Assembly (NCBI GenBank): GCA_000165425.1
Contig: CT868496.1
Coordinates: forward strand, 434,001-456,850
From: Paramecium tetraurelia
Taxonomy: Eukaryota
Reading direction: 5' to 3'
DNA length: 22,850 bases
Shown here in pieces: positions 1-9,905 of the stretch (position 1 is the first letter of the stretch; every line of letters starts with the position of its first letter). Position numbers and translations under genes: made by a program. Below the pieces are notes generated by a model. That model was given only the letters and a program-made list of their open reading frames with translations. It was not told the origin of the DNA and did not search any database.

Positions 1-3000
1 CATTAACTATTTGCTATAAATAATTTTACTATATATTCCCACACTTAATGCTTTTCTAATAATAAAGAAAAAGAAAAATCCTGAACCTCAAACTTTGCAT
101 CCTTTTCAATAATATCTATTCCTACACTATTTTTTATGAATTAATTCAGACTAAACTTCTCGATTATAAAAGAATTAAATTTTAGCTAATAATTTGGATT
201 TGATTCCTAACTTAGAGAGTCTTAAAATTTTAAAAGAAAATCAACTTCCTGCTGAAAAAACAGTAATTTTACTTTTAAATCAGCATAACCTTCACTTCGT
301 TTTTCGGATTATTAAAATGTTAATTGTATTTTTTCAAAAGTTAAGCCAGTGTACTTGGTTATAATATTTTCTTTCACAACATTTAATTCACCTTCAAATT
401 CTTAAGATATAATATTGTAATTAAAGTATACAATATGATTTACTCTTGGAAATATATCTATTCCTTCAAATTAACGTCCAAGCAAACCAAAACCCAATTT
501 GAAAGGATCGATTGACATTTGTAAAGATTTATCTTCTATTTCTAAATTTAGCGATCCTGTAGGATTTAACTAAAGTTCAAAGGTATTTAGAGGAAATCCT
601 TTTAATGCTATTAATCCTTTCAAAATAAGCCCAAAACATTTATCAGATCCAAAAATTGTTAAATAGCAGTCACAAAGATTTATAAATTCAGATATTTTCC
701 TTCGATTCAATAGACCTACGCTAAATTTCAACCAAACTGAATTATCCCAAATTATCATTGATTCGTAAGTTTGCTCTTAATTCTATTTTTCTTAATCCTT
801 TGCTTCTTACTTTTATTTTAATTCTTAAGCTATTTTTTCATCTTACATTTATTTTAGCTTTTAAGCTATTTTTTCATCTAAACCAGTTTAAAATTTTTAT
901 TATTTTGATTTTGCCTCTTCAAAATCATAACCTTGAGATTGCATTTTATGTTCTTGCATTTAAAAAAACTATTAAAGTTCTTCTCCTAATTTTTCAAATT
1001 AATCCAAATTTAAAAATGATTTAGAATTCTCTTATTCAAATTATATTGTTTCAATTTCATCAAACCCTTTTACTTATGATAATTGCTTTTCCAAATCACT
1101 TGAGAAAGCAGCAATAATATGTTTTAATTTTGGGGAGTTCATCCCTTTTTTTAATTTCATAGTTAGACACTTTTCTAAATCTTAGCAAAAAAATCTCAAA
1201 AAATCAAACTCTAATTCAACTTCAATTGTAAGCTTAAGAATTTCAACAGTGAAACCTATTGTAAATTATGCAATTTTTGAATCAATATGGGAATATATTT
1301 GCATACTTTTTATTTAGAAATTTATTTTCTCAAAAATTTGAATATTCCAATCAAACTCAATAATTATTTAAAAATTCCAATAAATTGCATCAGTGATAAT
1401 ATCAAGCTTCTTTATTGAAGTAGCTTTACTTTTTGATAACTAAGATATAAAAATATTGTTGTTTTCAAAATAATTCTAGAAAAATTTTTTAATTATTTTA
1501 TCAGAATAAATTTAGTGTTATCCTTGAGGTAATTATTCAGTTAATTTGAATATCATTGTGTTTTTTTGAATTATTCCAACTAAATTACCAATATCTTAAT
1601 CTAGAAACTGAAATGCAAATTCAATACTTCCATTTAAAGCAATTGGTTATTTTAGTTCTATATTTGTATCTATTTTATTAATTTTAATCCAAAATGGTAA
1701 CTTATAAATTTAAATTGGTTTTTCACATCTAAGTTGTATTTCTACCCTTCTTTCTTCAAAATCAATATATGGTACAAAATTTTCACAAAAAGTAAGATTA
1801 ATATTAGAAATTAAACTAAAACATCCAGATTCCAAAAAAATATTAACTATATTTTATTATGGAATACATATTTCTCCTCTATTTGAAATTAAATCATTTA
1901 TTCTACCAAAATATCCTTGTTTGATAAAATAATAATTTAATTCAAGATGCAGATCACAACTTAGTTAAAATTAAGTAATGATATTTTCCTTGTTTGAGGC
2001 AAATTTTCCAGATATATCTTTTAATTTCAAATTGATATTAGGAAATGTGTAGTCATTTAAACTGAAATTTAAAATGATTTCTAAATCTTGATTTAGGAGC
2101 AATAAACATTCCATGTCTGATTTTGATAAAAGGTGTTTAAAAGTCTTAAAAAATTATTCTTAAGATGGCCCAATAAGGGATTTAATCAAAGGAACCAAAG
2201 ATAAATCATTAGATTATTAATATTAAATTTACAATTAACCTCCAGGATTCAATCTTGCTTCAGCTAAAAACGTATATTACTAAAATTAACATTTTGACTT
2301 CATTATAAATTTTAACAATTCTTTGCCTTTAATGTATAAAGACAAGAAAGTAGGTTCAATCTTCAGAGTTTCCTAACATAATTAAATATTTAACTCTCCA
2401 TTTACTTGAATTTCATAACAACCTAAGTCATATTAGTTTTCTGTTTAAAAATTTACCAGCAATATTTATCTACTGATGCCCTCAATAAAACTCTAATAAT
2501 TTTGAATATCATTATTTGATAATTATTTTTTTAAAAATTAACTTAAGTTTTTTAAATCCAACCATCTTTTAGTTTAGTCGTGGTTAACAATTTAAAAGGA
2601 ATTAGACACTAATTTATTTAAGATTGTATCATTATATTTTTCTAGAATTTAATCAACTTGAAGTTGATGATTGAAATCAAAAATTGGAAAATCAGGATGA
2701 TTTTTACATTCCTTAAAATCTGATCCAAAAAGGATCTCCATTGTTTAATCATAATATTTTAATCCGTTTTCTTAAATCATCCTAAAAGCTTTGATAATAC
2801 TCCTTAGATTAATTAAGCACTTAGATTATTCCTAAATAAAGATTATTTAGTTCAATATATTACTTGCCAAAATAACAGTATCTTCTAATTAAAGCTACTA
2901 TCCCAAACCACTTCTAGTCAAAATTTCTATAACATCTATATAATTATCAGCAATATCAATTGAAAAGTTAATTTTAATACATCGATTATAAAAGGCAGGA

Positions 3001-6000
3001 GATAATATATGTTAGTCTTCCCTGGAGGGATTTTATACACATATTAAACGAAAATTCTTATGAGGAATGATACAGGAATTCGAGTCTCCAAACTCATTAT
3101 TGAATAAGCGAGGTGAATCTTCTCCCAAAGAATTCAATCGTTCAACTATTTCAGCTCTTGCTAAATTAATATTGTCTAAAATTAACCAATATCCAAATTT
3201 ACAACAAACCTTTAATACTCCTTCGATATATTTCATATTCATCCCCTATTTTTATTTTTTATTATATATAAATTTCTATTTTTATTTCAAAGAAATCCTC
3301 TCTAATTCTTATTAAATTTCATCGTAATTAGGGTCAACTAAAGCAAAATTCCCAAGTAAATCATCAGTTTCTAAATCGCAATGGATTGGCAGTAGAATAA
3401 ATCTTTGGTTTAAAAGATTAGCCAATTTGATGATGCAGGAAGTTTTTCCTGATGAGACATCTCCTTAACATAGTATTACTTTCTTTGAATGAATAGCTAT
3501 AAACAGCTTTTCAAAAATGGCTGAATTTTATAAGTTTATAACTAATGAATTATTGGAAATTTAAGGAGGTACCTAATTTGATAAAATAAAATTGAATAAC
3601 GGTTTAAAATCTTTTTCAATTTATCTGCTTATTCTGATAATGTTTGCATTTTGCTCTAAAAAGACTCTTCTATTGATCCATTCTTCCTCACTTAAACCAA
3701 ACTTATCTAAGATTATTTTTATCACTTATTTTGTAAACTCCGTTTTATAAAAGTGCTATACATATATCATATCTAAACAAACAATTATCAATTCTAATTA
3801 AAGTTTTTCATCATTTAATTTTTATCTCTACTCCAAAATTTGTTAGCTGAAAAGTTACAATAGATTCTCCAAAAATCTAATATTAAAGTCATAATTTGAT
3901 TTCATTTTTTATTATGCCAATAAAGCAAGCTCTTTGTGTAAATCCAACATCAATTAAAAATTAACTCCATTATTTTATAAATGTTTAATTTCATTTTTAT
4001 ATCTCTATTAGAATATGTCTAATACTTAATCTATGCTGAATGCTTCAATATAAACATCACACAATAGATTCGAAATACATAAAGGTAAGTCTTTTCTCCC
4101 TTCATATGAAGTGGGATTCATTGAGCATAAGAATACGCATTTATCTTTATTTAATCTACTATCTTTTATTCTAATCTCCTTTTCATCTGTGTTAAATAAA
4201 GCCTAAAGTGTACTTAAAACTTCAGGAGATGCTAAATTAACTTCATCGAATAATATTAAGCTCTTCTGTGATAATGCTTAAGCTAGATATCCTTCTTGAA
4301 ATGTAAATGCTATTTGATCATTGTCAATCTTTGGAGCATAAGACCCAAATAGATCTTCAACACTCAAAGAATCCGAACAACAAACTCTACAGTGTTCCTT
4401 TTTAATTATAGAGGCAAATTCTGATGCAATTGCAGATTTTCCAACTCCTGGTGGTCCAATAAGGCAAGGTATATAATTTGTAGTAATTGCTGAGTATATT
4501 CTTTGTAATATTTTTATTGTAGACGGATTCATGATGATTTTTGGAGAATTGAAAAACTATTTATCTTTTAATTTTTCTTAAATTTTGTTTAAAGCTTGTT
4601 TGTAATGTTCCTAATAATTAGCATCATTAATGACTTCTTCAAAAGTTATTCTATATTTGTCCAGAATAGTAAATTAAAATCCTAATGCTAATTTTTATAA
4701 GTGAGTAGCATCTATATCCAAATTCAAAAAGCTCATCCATTAATAGAATTTTCGATCAGATATATTTTCATAGTAGACTTCTTTAACTTCTTTAGTCCTT
4801 ATTAAAACATCCTAAACAAACTTAATTATTTGATCACTCTCAACCTAATTTTTAATTTTACTTTATATAAATTTCTAATAAGAAATGTCTAGTATTTTTG
4901 TAGAATTAATGAGTTATGGAACTTATATTTTGATTTTTGTCAGTCTTGATTACAATGCATCGCTTAATTAACCTCCAAAATTAGTATTTAATAATGCTAT
5001 TACAAAAAATTCATTATGTAATTTAATCTCTTATCCATTTACAATAAAGTGTGGTTCTATTTCCAATAATGCATTTAATCCCTCTATAACTGATTAATCT
5101 GCCATGGATATGTTTTTTAAACAGACAACACCTCCAAATCTAGCATTAAATGTTAATCCTCTTTCAATAAAAGGGAATTAGTTACCAATATTTTTGAAAA
5201 CTTGATCAAAGAACGAAGGTTATTGATATTTATCATTCAATTATTTAAATCTGCTTTCGATATTTATTTCATTTTAATTTATATTCTATTCATCTTTATC
5301 GAGTTTCTTAATTAAATTTTAACAATATTTTTCATAAGATTCTTGGTTATGAGATTCCATACTCCCAATTAAGTCCGTTATCTCAGTTTATGAATTGATG
5401 TACATTAATTCGAATGGATAAGGATTCTAAAACTCTACTAGTTAGGCAAATAGTTAGGATAAGTATGTTTTTGATGATGTTTTCCCCACAATTAAAATAT
5501 TTTCTCTAAAATAACAGCTAAATGCTATTTTACATAAGACTAATCTTTAAATAGGGTTTAGATTTTATTCTGCCGATTTATGAATGTTGTAATTTTTGCC
5601 AAGTTTAAATGGTATCGATATCTCAGCCTGTTGATTTTTTATTGAAAACTTAATGGTTTATTGTTTATATTCAATTTTACATTCTAAATCTTATTCTTCA
5701 GAGGCATTTTTAGGAAAAAGAATTATCTAATGTAATTGTAATTGATTTTCCCAATTAGGTTATTTAGTGGAAAAATTTGTTTTCTCCAAACGATTTCTAA
5801 ATCTTATGAATTGTCTTAAAGTAAATTAGGTCCCATTGAAATTTAATAGATTTTCATTGCCGTCTTTTGGATACGGTATTAGTTTGGTTAGAAAATATTC
5901 CATACCTTTTTTGATGCAATCTTAACTATCTTTCTTCATACTTAGTTGTGACTCTGTGCAAATTTTAATTACTTCCTCATAAGGATAATTAGGAACTTCA

Positions 6001-9000
6001 ACAACTATAACTTTAGAAGCTAATGTTTGTGGGAGCTCAGTCCTGCTATTATAAGATGGAGGATTCTATGCGAAAAAGATTCTAAAATTTTCATGAACCT
6101 TTATAACTTTATTTGAAATAGGATCTTGAAATTCTGAAGGATACTTGGCTACAGATGCTAAGAAGTTAAGTAAACTTGCATCTGAAAGGTTAGCCTCATC
6201 TATTAACACTATTCCACCTTACTCCATTCCTAAATACAATGGGCCTTTTTTTAGTATAAACTCCTTCTTATCTTAGTTGCATGATGATATATATTATCCC
6301 ATTAGATCATTAACGTCTGTATTTTAATTCAAATTAATATAATGAAAAGTAGTTGATTCAAATAATTTGCATGTTTATTAAAATGTAGATATTACTTTTG
6401 TTTTTCCAACTCCTGCTGTTCCTTATAAAACCAAAGGTATTTTAGCAGCTACAGCTACTGCAATTATATCAGAGACAATTTTCCTTGATGGAGTTACAAC
6501 AAAATTGTTTTTCTTACTATCTTTTGATTATAATTACTAATAATGAAGAGGTACTTATATTTATTCACTTAAAAGAGACTTATTATCTTGTAAACTTAAA
6601 GCAATGAAGAAATCTATACATTGTATTACTTTTTATTACAAATTCATCTTAAATTGAGCTTCAGCGAATTTCTAGATTTCCTTGATTGGCTTTAAGAATC
6701 TGATTATTTTGTTCAATGATATTTATTCAATTTAGGTTTCTAAATTGGATGAAGTCTTCCCATTATTCCCTGCCATTAATTTGGTAGTAATATCTCTTAC
6801 AAAGTTTATATCAGATGGTATATTTGCTGATTAAAATAATTAAATTATATCATCTTAATTTACTTGAAATTCTAAGAAAAAGCTTAAGAATCTGCTTTTT
6901 AAGGCTGGAGTGATTTTTTTATCTAATTCATGAAAATCAGATGAAACTGCAATCACAGCAAAATCTTAGTGTCTTTGGTATTTTTCATTCTACACCAATA
7001 ATTAAAGAAATTTCTTTTCCAAAATTCCATTTAACGATTCTGTTAAGGCACAATCTGGGGCTTCAAAATTAGTGAGGATTAACACCTTCCCTTGATGAAA
7101 ACATCTGGTAACTGGTCCTATAATGAATTCAAATCCATTCTAAGTAGGTTGATACTTTCCAAATAAATCTTCCGCATTTGTACTAGAGGATAATTCCAGT
7201 ATTTCATATTTTTCTATCTTCTGAAATTTTAACCAAAGAAGAATGCTTGATAATTTTCCACAAAATTATTATCCCACTACTAATGCTGCTCTCTTAGTTT
7301 TGTAACATAAGGTCAACATTGAAAATAATGTTTCATGAAATGAGAGAACCTTTAACTCATTTGTATTGTTCCAATTCATAATTTCAGTATCCCTCTTTGA
7401 TTTTGTTTAATCAAATGCATCATTTGTATCAGCAATAAATTTGTTTTGATCTATTTGATAATTTATAAGATCACGATTCTTTTTTAAATAAATGAATTAT
7501 GTTGAGATTAATTTCATACAATCTTTTAGAGGCAATAATTCAAATATTTTGTCCTTGTCTTATTCAAATGAAACAAAAATGAAATCAATAATTTAAACTA
7601 TATCTCTTAAGGTAAAAAGTCCATCATCCATATTTTTCAATTTAATTTCTTCATAAATCATCATAATCAGAAAGGATAATTATTAAATAGATATCTTTTG
7701 CTCTGGCTATTTCTTCATTTCTTGTAACTTTGAGACTAAAATTTAATCAACAATGAAATTTAAATCATTCATACTCATGGACTCAAACTTTATGGGAATG
7801 AATTGGCTCATCAAAGATGGAGAAAAGATATTTCTAGATGCTGCAAACTTTGAATCAGTTGCTGGATTTTAGGTTAAAAAGAGTTTAAAATTTTAATGTT
7901 TCTTTATTGTTAAAGTTCCGTCTATTTAATCTACATGAGAATTTATAGAACTGCCATATAAAGTGATATATCCAAGCTCAAGAACATCTTCAATAACTCT
8001 TAGTATTGAATCACTCGCTAAATTTGCCTCGTCTAAAAGGATCCATGAACCCTCTTATACAGCTTAAGCAAAAGGGCCTGGTTAGAATTCAAACTTAAAT
8101 CCTGGTAGAATTTCAACTTTGCCAATAAAATCAGAAATCTAAGTAAATGAACTCAAATTCATTATTATTAATGGCTACTTATTTTTATAAGCCAAATATT
8201 AAATTATCGACGTCTTTCCACATGCAGCACTGCCTTCACATAAGATTGGGTTATCTCCATTTATAGCAGTTTCCAATTAAAGTAAATGTTTCTTTACACT
8301 TTGAGTTTCAGCGTAAGTGTCCATATTTGGAATCAATTCCTTTAATTTTGAATTCGCCTGATAATTAAGGTTTAAAACTCTATAATCTACTAAAGGTAAA
8401 AACCGAAACTACACATTTAGGTTTACTAAAGTTGTAAATTTTGGATTTAAGTTCTCAAAATCTTACTGGTATTACTACATCAAGAGTTCAGTTGATTTTG
8501 TTTTGTTTACATCAGTTAAAATTCCTTACAAGGCTCTCTTTTTCACTTGAGAGGCTATTGTCAAGCATTACGTTGGATATGGGGGTCTTATTGATATATC
8601 AGGAGGCAAATTTTCAAGTAATAATTGATTTTTATTGTCCAAAAACATTAAGTTTTCGTCCAAGAGAGAAACATTAAATTAAATTATATTAGGAATGCTT
8701 TTGATTTTTTACTACATTTAGAAGTTTGAGTTAATTGAATAAATATGCAAGGTTTAGGATGAGTCAAGTAAAAGTATCTCCTTTTTCTTTTTTCTGTATC
8801 CTACCTTTATTATATTTTAAGGAGGATCTGACAAATTTTGCTGAATCTCTTTTTCTATTTAAAATCCATCTTCAAATTTTGCAAGAATAATGACTAACTA
8901 ACTTGATTTGTTTTGAATCAATAAAAAGGAATCTTTCTCTTATTCTTCTATTATTTTGCAGGAGACACAATTATTAAACTTTTAGACCTCAGTTTAATTT

Positions 9001-9512
9001 TCTACAGCTAGCACTAAACAAATGGAATTATGATTGTTCTATTGAAATTCACAAAGAATTTAATCAAATTTCTTAGATATTGTAAATTGTTCGATTTAAT
9101 TAAAATCTGATTATATTTTCTTGATGACTTTGTTTAAAAAAATATCATATAGCACTAGATCATTTTTAAAAATGAGTGCGCAAATTCTACTATTGCACCA
9201 ATCTACCAACCTTAACTGAGTAGTTGGAATTTGTATCTTTGTCACAGGAGTAAAAGATTTTTCTAATTATGCAGAATAAAGATTAGTTAATTTATCCTGT
9301 TCTTATTCTTCAAACATAAGTAGAAATTATAAGTTTGGATCACAGACTACACTTTGAATGTTGACATTAGTTAATTAGTACTCTCTAAAAATAAGACAAT
9401 CAGAATCAAATATTAATATTTCTGAGTCTGATTTATTCTTCGATAAAATAGTCACCTTGGTGTTACGTAGTGATAGTTGTTAAGCATTAGATGCCTAGAA
9501 TATGATACTCAT
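1..9512 (-). CDS. Midasin/Rea1(MDN1)-like giant AAA+ ATPase paralog with six tandem AAA modules; 3' end runs off the window (>3,100 aa in window)
   Basis: Single reading frame under the ciliate code from ATG 9512 (MSIIFQASNAQQLSLRN..., preceded by an AT-rich leader). No in-frame TGA in the stretches I translated, which cover most of the ORF. Track ORFs 4278-4532, 3033-3242 and 570-758 are all in this frame. Walker A motifs: GSAACGKT (8234-8211), GQQFCGKL (7274-7251), GTAGVGKT (6422-6399), GKTSSKT (5486-5466), GPPGVGKS (4457-4434), GDVSSGKT (3464-3441). Walker B motifs: WILLDEANLA, VLILTNFE, VLIDEANLS, VVCLKNISMA, LILFDEVNLA, WLILDNINLA. Midasin/MoxR-type motifs include DFIGK...FEFQPGPFAQAVQEG and HQNFKLFLTQNP. 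Confidence 0.9.
804..878 (-). repeat. 36-nt-period tandem duplication encoding DEKIAQKLKQMQ-DEKIAQELKQKQE (two MIU-like helices)
   Basis: Plus-strand ttaagctattttttcatct occurs at 825-843 and 861-879, in frame within the AAA gene. Confidence 0.8.
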
Positions 9513-9905
9513 ATGAAATAATAATAATAAATAAGATAATTGACATTTTCTACAAATTTAAAGTCATAGAATTAATGATATCATCTAGATCTACTTTAAA
9601 AAATTTGATCTTCTAAGCCTAAAAGGAATTGATATCCTCAAAATACTATCTCAATTCCTAATGGCAGAGCTAAACATTTACTTGTTATGAAAATATGGAG
9701 TATATAGAATAACATTTTTATTCTAGAAGGTAATAAGAATTTTCATATATATAATTAGATTAAGAGAAAGTCAGTTGTTATATCAATTGTAAGGATAACT
9801 TGAATTTATAGGAAAATTAGCATAGAATGTTATAGCGAAAGTAATATATGAAAGATAATGACTATTAAATCTCTATAATTTTAGATCAATCTTATCTCCT
9901 GTTTT

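Noticed and set aside
758..1024. Hydrophobic plus-strand ORF (88 aa) resembling a membrane protein
   Set aside because: It is the antisense shadow of the Lys/Glu/Gln-rich helical segment of the AAA gene.
3067..3315. Plus-strand 82-aa ORF
   Set aside because: Antisense to AAA6 with no independent motif.
8441..8677. Plus-strand 78-aa ORF
   Set aside because: Antisense to the AAA gene N-terminal region, non-ATG start.
1..9512. Calling the gene MDN1 or a dynein heavy chain
   Set aside because: Module motifs are midasin/MoxR-type rather than dynein, but degenerate AAA2/AAA4 and the atypical N-terminus argue against the canonical ortholog; the MIDAS tail is not visible in the window.
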